DNA from: Opitutales bacterium
GTDB taxonomy: Bacteria; Verrucomicrobiota; Verrucomicrobiia; Opitutales; PNEW01
Length of the DNA: 64,000 bases
Assembly (NCBI GenBank): GCA_963692525.1
Contig: OY829953.1
Coordinates: 3,475,108 to 3,539,107 of the forward strand
Reading direction: 5' to 3'
In this document: piece by piece, positions 28,974 to 39,514 of the stretch
How positions within the stretch are numbered: the first letter of the stretch is position 1
Layout of the letters: each line of letters opens with the position of its first letter
Made by a program: the position numbers and the translations under genes
The notes under the pieces: generated by a model
Seen by the model: only the letters and a program-made list of their open reading frames with translations
The model's database searches: none
Told to the model about the DNA's origin: nothing

Positions 28974-29846
28974 ATGAAAATCCAAATTTTACATGCCCAC
29001 CAAGATGACTATGAATTTACCGCGGCGGGTACATTCGAAATGTGGAAGCGCAAACTGGGCGACGAGCTTAGCGCAAAAGTTGTCATTTGCACGGACGGTC
29101 GGTCGGGACATCATTTTAGAACCCGTGAGGACACGGGTAAGATCCGCATCGAAGAGCAGCGCGCGTCGGCTAAAATTGGCGGTTATGAATATGAACAATT
29201 GAGTGGCCCAAATGGTGAAGTAATCCGAGATGGCTCTTTCATTTTAACTCCGGAATTATTGTCCGGGTTTTGGAAAACAATTCGCGATTTTAAACCGGAT
29301 TATCTTTTTTCTCCACCTGTCGCCACCGACCCCCTTGCCGGTGTTCATAATGACCATACGGGAGTCGCCGAAGCAGTACGCAAGGTTGCCTACCTCATTA
29401 ACGTCCCTCACGCCTTTACTCCTGAATATCCGGCGGATGAAACTTCATCTCTACCATGCAAAGTGCCGGTCATCCTTAACGTCTTTGATCCCTATATGGG
29501 AGGTGCGAACACCTTTGATCTCGTCGTCGACGTAGAAGAGGCTTTCGAACAATTCTGCGAAATGAGTTTTTGTCATCAATCACAGATCAACGAATGGCTC
29601 CCCTGGGTGTCTGGACAACCACTCGAAAAACCCTATAACTTGGCAGAATGGACGGATCTTTCGCGTCAACGTTCAGAAGAATTCAAGACGAAATTTAGCA
29701 TTAAAGCAAAAGGTGCAATTGAAGTATTTACCGTCACTGCCTGGGGTTCGATACCAAATTATGAAAATTTGCTTGATCATTTTCCCAATATAATCACCTC
29801 CGCATCCAATCTTGACGGATTGAAAAAGAAAATTGAGCAGTTTTAA
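28974..29846 (+). CDS. PIG-L/LmbE family de-N-acetylase
   Basis: AHQDD, TDG, RIEEQ, HNDH, HQSQ motifs. Confidence 0.85.
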   Translation: MKIQILHAHQDDYEFTAAGTFEMWKRKLGDELSAKVVICTDGRSGHHFRTREDTGKIRIEEQRASAKIGGYEYEQLSGPNGEVIRDGSFILTPELLSGFWKTIRDFKPDYLFSPPVATDPLAGVHNDHTGVAEAVRKVAYLINVPHAFTPEYPADETSSLPCKVPVILNVFDPYMGGANTFDLVVDVEEAFEQFCEMSFCHQSQINEWLPWVSGQPLEKPYNLAEWTDLSRQRSEEFKTKFSIKAKGAIEVFTVTAWGSIPNYENLLDHFPNIITSASNLDGLKKKIEQF

Positions 29847-29878
29847 TTAGCGCGAATACCCGAGGGGTAAAAACGTAC

Positions 29879-31057
29879 TTAGCTTGAACCGAGTTTCTCA
29901 AATTCGCGCATGCACTTATACAACATTCGCGGATGGTGATAACAGCCTTTCCATTTACCGCCTTTAAGCGGCATATAGACTTCACTTCGGCGATCCAAAT
30001 AACCATACCATTCGCCATATTCCGGATCGCTAAAATGATTCCAGCAATATTCATGTGCTTTTTCATACCAGTCCCAACATGTCTGATTACCGGTAAGACG
30101 ATAAGCCATCGATAGCGCGATAAGTATTTCGTCATGCGGCCACCATAATTTTTGGTTCCATCCAAGGTCGTGATGGGGGTGACCTTCGACATCCATAAAA
30201 TTATAGATACCGCCATATTCTTTATCCCAGGCAAAATCCAGTGTACTCAGGAGTACATCGACACATTTATTAATCGCTTCCGTGTTGTTTCGAAATTCAG
30301 CCACCTCCATGAGAAACCAAACACATTCAATTCCGTGACCGGGATTAATGTGACGACCTTCTAATGAATCCACGAATGATCCGTCAGGTGCAACATTCTC
30401 ACGAAAAATTCCAAGATTCGGATCTGGAAATTTATCAAACACGGCATTGAGACATTCATCGATTGTTTGATTGAGTTCATCCGCATCCATCAACCACTTA
30501 ATTTCATAGGAAACGTGGGCTCTAAACATGGGTTCGCCCAACCCGATCAAGGGGCGCGTTCCCGGGTAAGCCTTAGCAAAACGGGTATAGGGTTTGGGAC
30601 GATCAGAAATAAGGTAATCATAAGTTTCCCTCGCACGGGCAATATCCTCTTCATCCTGGGTTATCGCCGCATACTCGGCATAGGCTATGGTGGAAAATAA
30701 AGCCGTAGAATTGGGATTATAGGGGTGCAGGACGGGCTTTCCCTCGCGCGTAAGTCTGAAAAACCAATCACCGGCTTCATCCCTTCCATACTTAGTGACA
30801 AAATCAATTCCGTGCCTGGCTATCTCCAACCACTCATCGCGTTTTTCATAACGGTTGTAAAGCATCGCAAATGTCCATGCCTGGCGCGGCTGCAGCCACA
30901 TAAATTTATCGGTATCATAGACAGTCCCGTCACGCTCAAGGCAGGTAAAAAAGCCCCCGCATTCACGGTCGATAGAATTTTTTTCCCAAAAAGGGATCGT
31001 GTCGTTGAGAAGTTTATCCCGATAGAATTCAGCCAACTCGGTAAATCGTTCTTTCAT
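29879..31057 (-). CDS. N-acylglucosamine 2-epimerase (AGE family)
   Basis: GGFFTCLERDG, DKFMWLQPRQ, NPGHGIE, KLWWPHDE, KGGKWKGCYHHPR. Confidence 0.92.
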   Translation of the reverse strand: MKERFTELAEFYRDKLLNDTIPFWEKNSIDRECGGFFTCLERDGTVYDTDKFMWLQPRQAWTFAMLYNRYEKRDEWLEIARHGIDFVTKYGRDEAGDWFFRLTREGKPVLHPYNPNSTALFSTIAYAEYAAITQDEEDIARARETYDYLISDRPKPYTRFAKAYPGTRPLIGLGEPMFRAHVSYEIKWLMDADELNQTIDECLNAVFDKFPDPNLGIFRENVAPDGSFVDSLEGRHINPGHGIECVWFLMEVAEFRNNTEAINKCVDVLLSTLDFAWDKEYGGIYNFMDVEGHPHHDLGWNQKLWWPHDEILIALSMAYRLTGNQTCWDWYEKAHEYCWNHFSDPEYGEWYGYLDRRSEVYMPLKGGKWKGCYHHPRMLYKCMREFEKLGSS

Positions 31058-31099
31058 ATTTTTATTCTTGTTGTTACTGGTTTTGCTTTTTCTGAAACA

Positions 31100-32083
31100 T
31101 TAATATTCTAAATATTCGTCTAAGGGTGGAAATAACTGATTTTGAATTTTTTCATTTTGGATATTATTCAGTGTCACGAGAGTGACTCCCGTATCAATCC
31201 GTTTTTCCACAATCGTACCTTGCAGGTGCTCGATCATGATTTTAACACCGAGGTAGCCCATCTTAAAAGGATCCTGAATGATAAGACCTTGAATATCTCC
31301 TTTTTCCAGTCCCTGAACGTTATGCTCTCCCCCATCGAAGCCCACAAATTTAACCTGACCGCCCGCTCGACCGATGGAGCGCAGCGCGAGCAGCATCCCA
31401 TTGGTTGAAGATTCATTGGGTGTATATATACCATCCACGACGTCACCAAATCGGTTGAGTAAGTTCTGTGAAGCGCTTTGCGCGGTATCGCGTGTGGCGC
31501 CCGCGTATTTATTCGTCGATAGTAACTCGATCTCAGGGTGTTTTTTCATCACCTCTAGAAAACCTTCTTCCCGCGCCGTTCCGCTGGCGGAACCGACGAG
31601 CACGCGAAGCATAATAACCCTGCCTTTACCTTTAAGCAGTTCTGCCAGGTATTCACCGGCAATCTGTCCCCCGTTGAAATTATCCGTGGCGACAAAACTT
31701 ACATGTTTATCGTAATTGAGACCGGAATCTATGACCACAACCGGGATCCCTGCCCGGTAGGCTTTATCTACCGGTGCCACAATCGCTGTATCATCAAGGG
31801 GTGCCAGGACGATACCATTTACCTTTTGTCCTATAAAATTCTCAACGACATAAATTTGCGCGGTCCGATTATCTTCCTGCAACGGTCCTTTCCAAATTAT
31901 TTCAACCGGGACGCATGCATGATTAAATTCTCTCTCGGCTTTGACTGCCCCTGCATGAATGGATCTCCAGAATACATGTGTCGATCCTTTAGGTATTACG
32001 GCAAGACGATACCCCGATTCTTCATGCCTTGAGCAAGCGCTGAGAATAACGGCGATGATGAAAAATACGGATAAACGGATCAC
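31100..32083 (-). CDS. Sugar ABC transporter substrate-binding lipoprotein (RbsB-like)
   Basis: Lipobox LSAC; IPKGSTHVFW, VATDNFNGG, VGFD, QDPFKMGY. Confidence 0.9.
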   Translation of the reverse strand: MIRLSVFFIIAVILSACSRHEESGYRLAVIPKGSTHVFWRSIHAGAVKAEREFNHACVPVEIIWKGPLQEDNRTAQIYVVENFIGQKVNGIVLAPLDDTAIVAPVDKAYRAGIPVVVIDSGLNYDKHVSFVATDNFNGGQIAGEYLAELLKGKGRVIMLRVLVGSASGTAREEGFLEVMKKHPEIELLSTNKYAGATRDTAQSASQNLLNRFGDVVDGIYTPNESSTNGMLLALRSIGRAGGQVKFVGFDGGEHNVQGLEKGDIQGLIIQDPFKMGYLGVKIMIEHLQGTIVEKRIDTGVTLVTLNNIQNEKIQNQLFPPLDEYLEY

Positions 32084-32206
32084 GTATCAGGGTGTAGAAG
32101 AGATTAAACCCTTGATATATCTCCTTTATATAATAAACAGGTCAAGCACTTATAAAGCATCTCATTCTCTATTCCACGAGGGAACAGAAAGTGAAAAATT
32201 AATACC

Positions 32207-32983
32207 ATGACCTACTTAAATAAACTCTTCTCTCTGAAAGGCAAAATCGCCATTGTCACGGGCGCTTGTGGCGGCATTGGCGGCGCATTGGCCCATGCAC
32301 TACTCAAAGCGAAAGCTACGGTCGTTCTCGTTGATAGGGATCAACAGCTTCTTTCCGAGAGGAAAGAGAAGCTAAAAAGCGAGGGATTAAATGCGTGCGA
32401 AAAGTACTGCGATCTCACTGACCTGAAACAGATGGACGCGCTCGTAGATTATATAAAATCGGACCATCAGAGAATCGACATATTAGTAAATTGCGCAGGG
32501 GTAAGCTTTCAACGCGACGGTCTGGATTACCCCGACGAATTGTGGAATGAAACAATGAAGGTAAACCTGGAAGCGCCATTTCAGCTGAGTAAGCGCATGG
32601 GCAAATTGATGAAGGAACAGGGGAATGGCTCGATTATAAATATAACAAGCATTAATGCGGAACGCGGGTTTACTGATAACCCTGCATATATCGCTTCCAA
32701 GGGGGGTCTTAAACAGCTAACTAAATCACTCGCCATGGACTTGGGGAAATTCGGCGTTAGAGCCAATGCGATTGGCCCCGGCTATTTCAGAACACAGATC
32801 TCTGAAAAATCCTGGAATGATCCTGAAAAACGCAAAGAGAGAGCCGAAACAACATTTTTAAACCGCTGGGGCCAGCTCGATGATCTATCCGGACTGATCA
32901 TCTTTTTAGCTTCTGATGCTTCCAGTTATATCACCGGTCAGGACATTTACATCGACGGGGGATTTCTTATGAAAGGTATTTAA
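32207..32983 (+). CDS. SDR oxidoreductase (gluconate 5-dehydrogenase/KduD-like)
   Basis: TGACGGIG, NCAG, YIASK, NAIGPGYF, SYITGQDIYIDGG. Confidence 0.9.
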   Translation: MTYLNKLFSLKGKIAIVTGACGGIGGALAHALLKAKATVVLVDRDQQLLSERKEKLKSEGLNACEKYCDLTDLKQMDALVDYIKSDHQRIDILVNCAGVSFQRDGLDYPDELWNETMKVNLEAPFQLSKRMGKLMKEQGNGSIINITSINAERGFTDNPAYIASKGGLKQLTKSLAMDLGKFGVRANAIGPGYFRTQISEKSWNDPEKRKERAETTFLNRWGQLDDLSGLIIFLASDASSYITGQDIYIDGGFLMKGI

Positions 32984-33085
32984 TTTAAAATCAATGTTAG
33001 TAAAATCAGACAATTTAAGTGTATAAAATAAATATCTTTTTTTATTCACATTATTGCTGATGAATGATTAAACATTTTTAAGACC

Positions 33086-34099
33086 ATGCCTGTTCCTGTA
33101 AAAATGCCTAAACTCGGTTTGACGATGACTGAAGGAACACTCGTCTCCTGGCTTGTTAAAGAAGGGGACAAGATTGAAAAAAAACAGGAAATCGCGGAGA
33201 TCGAAACCGATAAAATCGTTAACCAGTTGAGTTCACCGGCAGACGGTACGCTCGTGCGTATTACCGCGCAGGAAGGCGATGAAATAGATGTCGCCGAAAC
33301 AATCGCATGGATCCTCGCGGAGGGTGAATCGGAAAGTGATATTTCCACTGAAGACCCTGATCAATCAGGAACCCCAGTCGCAACGGCTGTATCATCGGAA
33401 GCTGCTCCTGTAGAGCAAGAAGTAACGCAACAGGATGAAGGCAGTTTGGAACCCTGGTCGGATATGCGTAAAGCAATTACACGTACCGTCACCCATTCAG
33501 CAGCTATCCCGCAGATTACTCTTTTCACCCGCGCTTCCGCCTCAAGAATGATGGAGCTTCGCGAAGTGGATAGAACTACTGCCTATGATGATGTTATAAT
33601 TTTCTGTGTCTCCCGTACCTTGAAAGAACATCCCCGTCTTAATTCCTCCTATGAAGATGCCGGGTTGCGCATCCATTCCCAGGCAAATGTCGGCCTCGCT
33701 ATCGCCATGGAAGAGGGGTTGATGATTCCTGTAGTCAAAGGGGCCTGTGGCTTATCACTTCCCGAGATCTGTGAGGAGAGGAAACATCTCGTCGATCTGG
33801 TGCGCTCACGCAGTGCTCTGACCGATGAACTGGAAGGTGGAACCTTTTCCGTCACCAATCTGGGAATGTTTCCCGTCGATCGTTTTACTGCTTTGCTTTA
33901 CCCCTCTCAAACAGGCATTCTTTCCGTTGGACGCATTCAGCAACTTGCCGTTTCTGAAGACAATGGTCAGATAGCTCTTGCGCCATTTATTGAATTGGGT
34001 TTAACATTAGATCACCGCGTGGCCGATGGCGCTGCAGGAGCCGCTTTTTTAAAAGACTTAGTTGATAAAATAGAAAACCTGAGATTGGAGGACAGATAA
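33086..34099 (+). CDS. 2-oxoacid/acetoin dehydrogenase E2 (dihydrolipoamide acyltransferase)
   Basis: Lipoyl domain (MPKLGLTMTEG...ETDK) and catalytic DHRVADG. Confidence 0.9.
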   Translation: MPVPVKMPKLGLTMTEGTLVSWLVKEGDKIEKKQEIAEIETDKIVNQLSSPADGTLVRITAQEGDEIDVAETIAWILAEGESESDISTEDPDQSGTPVATAVSSEAAPVEQEVTQQDEGSLEPWSDMRKAITRTVTHSAAIPQITLFTRASASRMMELREVDRTTAYDDVIIFCVSRTLKEHPRLNSSYEDAGLRIHSQANVGLAIAMEEGLMIPVVKGACGLSLPEICEERKHLVDLVRSRSALTDELEGGTFSVTNLGMFPVDRFTALLYPSQTGILSVGRIQQLAVSEDNGQIALAPFIELGLTLDHRVADGAAGAAFLKDLVDKIENLRLEDR

Positions 34100-34100
34100 A

Positions 34101-35111
34101 ATGGCTGAGGTAACAACCGAAACCCCCAAAGAGACCACATCATTTGCTGATATTGATCATGCAATGGGGTTAAAGATGTATGAAAACATGCGACGCGTTC
34201 GTGACTTTGACGAAGCCGTTCACGAACTTTTTGCGGCGGGAGAGCTCCCCGGTTTCGTCCACTGCTACGTGGGTGAAGAGGCCATAGCCTCCGGTGTAAT
34301 GACCGCAATAAACGATGACGATTATATCACTTCTACCCATCGTGGCCATGGACATTGCGTCGCCAAGGGAGTAGAAATAGATGGCATGATGGCAGAACTC
34401 TATGGTCGTGTTACAGGTATTTGTAAAGGGAAAGGAGGATCGATGCATATCGCCGACTTTTCTAAGGGGATGCTCGGAGCCAACGGTATCGTTGCCGGAA
34501 GCACCCCGATTGCAGTGGGTGCGGCACTCTCCGCCCAATTACGAAATAGTGGTCAGGTAGCAGTGTGCTTTTTCGGGGATGGCGCTACGAACGAAGGTAT
34601 CTTTCATGAATCCCTCAACCTGGCATCGATCTGGGATCTGCCCTGCGTTTTCGTCTGTGAAAACAATGGCTATGCCCAGACGACAGCGACCTCCTATGCC
34701 ATGAATGTTAAGGACCTTGCTGAACGCGCTAAATCCTATAATATTCCGGGTGTTATTGTTGACGGCCAGGATATTATCGCCGTTCACCGGGCGACGAAAG
34801 AAGCTACCGAACGCGCTCGCGCGGGGAAAGGGCCCTCCCTCCTTGAATGCAAAACGACCCGCTTCTATGGACACTTCGAGGGAGATAACTTAAAATATCG
34901 TGATCCAAACGAAGCCATTGAAGCGCGAAAACGCGACCCCCTCGTGTTATTCGCCGATAATGTAGCTCCATCCATTGGTGTCACTGCCGATGAAATGAAA
35001 GCTATCGATGAAAAAGTCGCGGATGTTATTAAAAAAGCAATTGAATTTGGCAGGTCTTCTCCCTTTCCCGAACCCGAAGACTGTCTGAATGATGTATACG
35101 TGAATTATTAA
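34101..35111 (+). CDS. acoA: Acetoin dehydrogenase-type E1 alpha subunit (TPP-dependent)
   Basis: LPGFVHCYVGEEA, STHRGHGH, GKGGSMH, GDGA...ENN, RFYGHFEGD. Confidence 0.82.
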   Translation: MAEVTTETPKETTSFADIDHAMGLKMYENMRRVRDFDEAVHELFAAGELPGFVHCYVGEEAIASGVMTAINDDDYITSTHRGHGHCVAKGVEIDGMMAELYGRVTGICKGKGGSMHIADFSKGMLGANGIVAGSTPIAVGAALSAQLRNSGQVAVCFFGDGATNEGIFHESLNLASIWDLPCVFVCENNGYAQTTATSYAMNVKDLAERAKSYNIPGVIVDGQDIIAVHRATKEATERARAGKGPSLLECKTTRFYGHFEGDNLKYRDPNEAIEARKRDPLVLFADNVAPSIGVTADEMKAIDEKVADVIKKAIEFGRSSPFPEPEDCLNDVYVNY

Positions 35112-35129
35112 ATTTAGGAGTATTGAGTC

Positions 35130-36158
35130 ATGGCCAATAGAAAAAAAGTTACTTACCGACAAGCCCTCAATGAAGCGCTACACGAAGAAATGGAGCGTGA
35201 CGAAAGCGTTTTTATCCTTGGACAGGATATAGCCGGGGGTGCGCAAAATGAAGCCCCAGATGAGTTTGATGCCTGGGGTGGTCCGTTCGGTGTCTCCAAA
35301 GGACTGGTCGGGAAATTCGGGAAATCGCGTGTCCGCGACACCCCAATAACCGAAGGTGCTATCGTCGGTTGCGCAGTGGGTGCTGCCGCCAGCGGGATGC
35401 GACCGATCGTAGAATTAATGTTTATCGATTTTCTTGGATTTTGTCTCGATCAAATTATGAACCAGGCGTCACCCATGCGTTATATGTTCGGGGGCAAAGC
35501 TAAAGTCCCGATGGTCATGCGGACAATGATCGGCGGAGGGTTTAACGCTGCGGCCCAGCATTCACATTCCTGCCACTCCCTTCTCGTACACTTGCCGGGT
35601 TTAAAACTGGTTACCCCATCAAATCCCTATGACGCAAAAGGCCTGTTAAAATCAGCGATTCGTGATGACGACTTTGTAATCTTTGTCGAGCACAAGGGGC
35701 TCTATGATACAAAGGGCCCTGTTCCCGAAGAAGAATACCTTCTTCCCCTGGGGAAAGGAGAGGTCGTTCGCGAAGGCACGGATATAACAATCGTAGCTTT
35801 TTCTAAGATGGTGCTCATCGCCTATGAAGCAGCGGTAAAACTGGAGCAAGATGATATCAGTGTGGAAGTGATTGATCCTCGTTCGATGTCACCTCTCGAC
35901 GAGGAATTGATTCTGAATTCAGTGCGAAAGACAGGGCATCTAATTGTTGTCGATGAAGACAATCCACGGTGCTCCATTGCAACGGATGTTGTCGCGCTCG
36001 CTTCCTCCAAGGCTTTTGACAGTCTAAATGCAGCGCCAAAGATGCTCACCCCTCCACATACGCCCGTGCCATTTTCACCAGAATTGGAAAAATTTTATCT
36101 CCCCAACGCGGATAAGTTAATCGAACTCGTTAAGGAGACTGTCCCCGCTCACGCCTAG
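35130..36158 (+). CDS. acoB: Acetoin dehydrogenase-type E1 beta subunit
   Basis: DAWGGPFGVSKGL, DTPITE, RYMFGGKAKVP, AAAQHS, PPHTPVPFSPELE. Confidence 0.82.
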   Translation: MANRKKVTYRQALNEALHEEMERDESVFILGQDIAGGAQNEAPDEFDAWGGPFGVSKGLVGKFGKSRVRDTPITEGAIVGCAVGAAASGMRPIVELMFIDFLGFCLDQIMNQASPMRYMFGGKAKVPMVMRTMIGGGFNAAAQHSHSCHSLLVHLPGLKLVTPSNPYDAKGLLKSAIRDDDFVIFVEHKGLYDTKGPVPEEEYLLPLGKGEVVREGTDITIVAFSKMVLIAYEAAVKLEQDDISVEVIDPRSMSPLDEELILNSVRKTGHLIVVDEDNPRCSIATDVVALASSKAFDSLNAAPKMLTPPHTPVPFSPELEKFYLPNADKLIELVKETVPAHA

Positions 36159-36177
36159 GTGCGTGGGAGAAGGGTAA

Positions 36178-36461
36178 GTCACGCCCCGAAGGGGTGACAG
36201 AAAATCCTGGCATAGGCTATTTAAATTTTGCTCCTTAGGGAGCATCGGCGAGTAGCCAGAGGTGAAGCATAGCGAAACCTCTGGACAACAAATCATAACA
36301 CCCCGCCCTGAAGGGGCGGAGGTATAACATTTTTTAAAATTCGGAATCTAAATAATCTTTATTATATTACCCCTTTACCTGCGCCCCTTCAGGGCGCTTT
36401 TTTTCAATCCCTTAACCAGGGGCTAATACCCCTGGCTATTTACCTGCACCCCTTCGGGGTT
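36178..36461. repeat. Composite palindromic REP/MITE-like element
   Basis: gccccgaaggggtg ... agccagaggt/acctctgg ... gccctgaaggggcg paired with cgccccttcagggc ... ccagggg/cccctggct ... caccccttcggggt; lies between convergent genes. Confidence 0.75.
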
Positions 36462-36547
36462 TAGACAGGAATCCATCTTCGTCCTACCAGCCATCGCGGG
36501 AGGACTACGCCGTGGCACCGCAAAGAAGAAGCATCGCTGATCTCCAC

Positions 36548-37579
36548 TTACAAACTGTAAGTTTCCGGCCAATTACGTGAAGCGGCCCCACGCGTGACAT
36601 GCAATTTACCCAGGGTTGGCTCTGCGATGACGACGGCTGTCGTAAGCCCGATGTCACCAACGTGTCGTTCAATACTATCGGGAAAGTCGGTGAAATCACA
36701 AAAACTGCAGTAAGCTAACTGCGCAGTCAATCGACCGTTGTTAGGTTCCAGATTTTTACGTAGTGTGCTTTCACGCATAAGCGAATTTTCACGCGTAAAC
36801 TGCCCGAAATTTTCCGTCTTCGCGAAGCGTTTATTTGAGACAACACAATTCGCATGGGTATATATTCCACGTTTGGGTTTAAGAACACCAATTCCATGGG
36901 GTGTGATTTCAATTCCCGCTACCCCACCCTTCTCATCGGCAACAGTACAGTGAGCACATAATTCAACGCGATATTGTTTTGTGAATTCTATAACCTCTTC
37001 CACACACGAGCAGTGCAAGGCAATCAATCCCCAAGCCGAATAAGGCAGGTCACCCTTGGGGTTATCAACGTAGAGTGCATTGCGAAAAATTGAACAACGA
37101 CCTTGAACAAATCCGTGCCCAAAAAGCCACCCCGGGTAAGTAAGCGTTAATGCCGATGGCGCGTTACTCATCTTCAGACGCAGTACTTGAAATTGAAACT
37201 GTCGGAATGCGTCGGTGTCCTTAGATTGTCCCGAAATAGGGATGCCGTCGAGGGACGCGGATGGTTGAATCGCAAATGAAGTGCACCCGTCATCTTCTAC
37301 GTGACCGATAGTTCCTATCTGATTTTCATTTAATCCCGAACCCTTTGCCATTCCAAGAAATACATCGGGGATATGAGGTGTATATTTTTTTATGAGCCGG
37401 TTGAATTTTTTATTCTTCCACCACGGAATTGAATCGGGAACAATCCGGCTTGCCCTAAGCTGTAAAGACTCCTGCCAGGCATAACCGAGCATGACACCGC
37501 ATTCGAACGCCGTCCCCTCGACATCAATTAACGGTACTTTACCTTGTGAATACTCGCGATGATCATTGATTCTGGCCAT
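36548..37579 (-). CDS. C45 family Ntn-hydrolase (acyl-CoA:6-APA acyltransferase-like)
   Basis: Autocleavage site GCTSFA, GQSKD, THAN. Confidence 0.8.
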   Translation of the reverse strand: MARINDHREYSQGKVPLIDVEGTAFECGVMLGYAWQESLQLRASRIVPDSIPWWKNKKFNRLIKKYTPHIPDVFLGMAKGSGLNENQIGTIGHVEDDGCTSFAIQPSASLDGIPISGQSKDTDAFRQFQFQVLRLKMSNAPSALTLTYPGWLFGHGFVQGRCSIFRNALYVDNPKGDLPYSAWGLIALHCSCVEEVIEFTKQYRVELCAHCTVADEKGGVAGIEITPHGIGVLKPKRGIYTHANCVVSNKRFAKTENFGQFTRENSLMRESTLRKNLEPNNGRLTAQLAYCSFCDFTDFPDSIERHVGDIGLTTAVVIAEPTLGKLHVTRGAASRNWPETYSL

Positions 37580-37583
37580 GACA

Positions 37584-38738
37584 CTATTTGAGAACATCCT
37601 CTCCATCCGTCAACGAGGATAGATCCAGGATGGCCAAAGTGATTTTCTCGTAAGGGTGAGTTTCCCCGCGTTCATAAAAACAGGCAATTTCACCCTGAGG
37701 TAAAACCGCAAGATCAGAATAAGCTGAAGGGCCCTCATGGAGTAATTTTGATGCCGCCCAGGTTTTACCCTCGTCGTAACTGAGCCTCACCGTCATTCTC
37801 ACCCGATCTGTTTTACTGGCGGGATTACTAAAAAGGAATCGGTTTTTATCTGCGTTAGCACCATGCGTGTAACGAATAATACTCCCCTGACAAATTGGTT
37901 CAATGAGTGCAGGATCCCGGTTTAGCGGACCCCACGTTATGCCGCCATCATGACTTATAGAAACGGCGCGGGTATGTTTGCTTCGATCGTAATTACGCAT
38001 ATTGAGCATAATACTACCGTCCGCAAGTTCCACCGCCTGGCATTCATTCACCTGGTCAACCGGTGTCCTTCCCCCTAATAACCACGACTCACCATGATCG
38101 TCCGAATAAATTACATGGGAATAGTATTTCTTCGTCCCAGCTTCTATGTGGTCACAGGGTATGATAAGACGTCCTTTATATTTTCCCTCTTGAATCTGAA
38201 TTCCCGTACAGGGTCCAGTTGCATACCATGTCCACCCAGGTTCCTTAACCGATGACGTGATCTCTTTTGGCGTTTCCCAAGTCAAACCATCGTCACGGGA
38301 GGAAGTTACAAAAATTCGCCGCGTGTCAGCGCTTGTTTGGGCGATGATCTCGCTCTCACGATCAGTCCCAAGATTCCAGGTCATTAACAGCCAGATTGTA
38401 CCCGTCTCTTCATCTAAAACCGGACAGGGATTGCCACAGACATTCGCCGCATCGTCCCAGATAACCTCTTGTTTACTCCAGGTTTTGCCGCCGTCTTCCG
38501 AACGTCTGACGAGCATATCAATATCTCCAGTATCGCTTCGACCCGTTTTACGCCCTTCGCAAAACGCCAGCACTGTATCTTTTTTTGATACGAGCAATGC
38601 GGGGATACGGTATGTGTGATAGCCTTCACTGCCACTTACATAGAGATCAGTCTGATTCATTGATTTTTTCTCTTTCATTGGACCACTGGTTATAAATAAA
38701 ACACAGATGACTATTACCGTAAAAAAATGTTTAATCAT
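37584..38738 (-). CDS. Sialidase (GH33), exported
   Basis: YRIP, Asp boxes [47 protein letters not shown]. Confidence 0.92.
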   Translation of the reverse strand: MIKHFFTVIVICVLFITSGPMKEKKSMNQTDLYVSGSEGYHTYRIPALLVSKKDTVLAFCEGRKTGRSDTGDIDMLVRRSEDGGKTWSKQEVIWDDAANVCGNPCPVLDEETGTIWLLMTWNLGTDRESEIIAQTSADTRRIFVTSSRDDGLTWETPKEITSSVKEPGWTWYATGPCTGIQIQEGKYKGRLIIPCDHIEAGTKKYYSHVIYSDDHGESWLLGGRTPVDQVNECQAVELADGSIMLNMRNYDRSKHTRAVSISHDGGITWGPLNRDPALIEPICQGSIIRYTHGANADKNRFLFSNPASKTDRVRMTVRLSYDEGKTWAASKLLHEGPSAYSDLAVLPQGEIACFYERGETHPYEKITLAILDLSSLTDGEDVLK

Positions 38739-38849
38739 TACGAGATGGCCGCATCGATCATCTAAAAAATAATCTTAACAACAATAAAAACAGTACCTCA
38801 CGATGCTATTCTACTAATGGGAATATCTCCTCTATTATGAACGAAGTGA

Positions 38850-39491
38850 TTAAGCGGGAAGAAGCGCAGCGAGATCAGCATGAGGTCGCGCAATTACATG
38901 CGAAGCGATAAGGGTACCTAATCCATTAACCGCTACTTTACCGGCGTCGACTGCCGCGCTGACTGCAGCAACATCACCCTTTACTACCACGGTGACATAA
39001 GCAGCCCCAATTTTTTCTTTTCCCACAAGGGTGACATTTGCGGATTTGAGCATCGCATCCGTTGCTTCTAAAGCCGCGACAAGTCCCTGCGTTTCCAGGA
39101 ATCCTAATGCATGTTGATTATCATTCATATTTTGTTTCTGTGTTATTTTATAATCGCTTGGTAAAAATTGTTCACGTGCCCCATAAATAGGATTAATAGA
39201 ATTGGGGTAATCAACCGCCTTTTCAAATCCACTCTCCGGTGAAGGAATAACACCGGTAATTACTTCAACACCCAGTTCACGGCCAAAATCGATCGCGGTT
39301 TGCAGTGAGGATTTGACATCTGATACATCACCGGCAACGCGGATTAATATATTTTCAAGGGCGGTAGTATCTAACCCCAGCAGCGTCACCCTGGCCTCTT
39401 TAACCATCGTATCTGCCACCACCGCGCCAATACTCCAGAAAGGAACTTCGGCAAAGCCCAAGGCTGTGATCGCTTCAGAGGTTTTTGCCAT
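38850..39491 (-). CDS. Bacterial microcompartment shell protein with two BMC domains
   Basis: Degenerate N-terminal domain (ALGFAE...ADTMVK...GDVSDVK) and canonical C-terminal domain ([26 protein letters not shown]...GDVAAV...HVIARPH). Confidence 0.9.
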   Translation of the reverse strand: MAKTSEAITALGFAEVPFWSIGAVVADTMVKEARVTLLGLDTTALENILIRVAGDVSDVKSSLQTAIDFGRELGVEVITGVIPSPESGFEKAVDYPNSINPIYGAREQFLPSDYKITQKQNMNDNQHALGFLETQGLVAALEATDAMLKSANVTLVGKEKIGAAYVTVVVKGDVAAVSAAVDAGKVAVNGLGTLIASHVIARPHADLAALLPA

Positions 39492-39514
39492 GTAATAATT
39501 ATTTTAGGCGGGAT

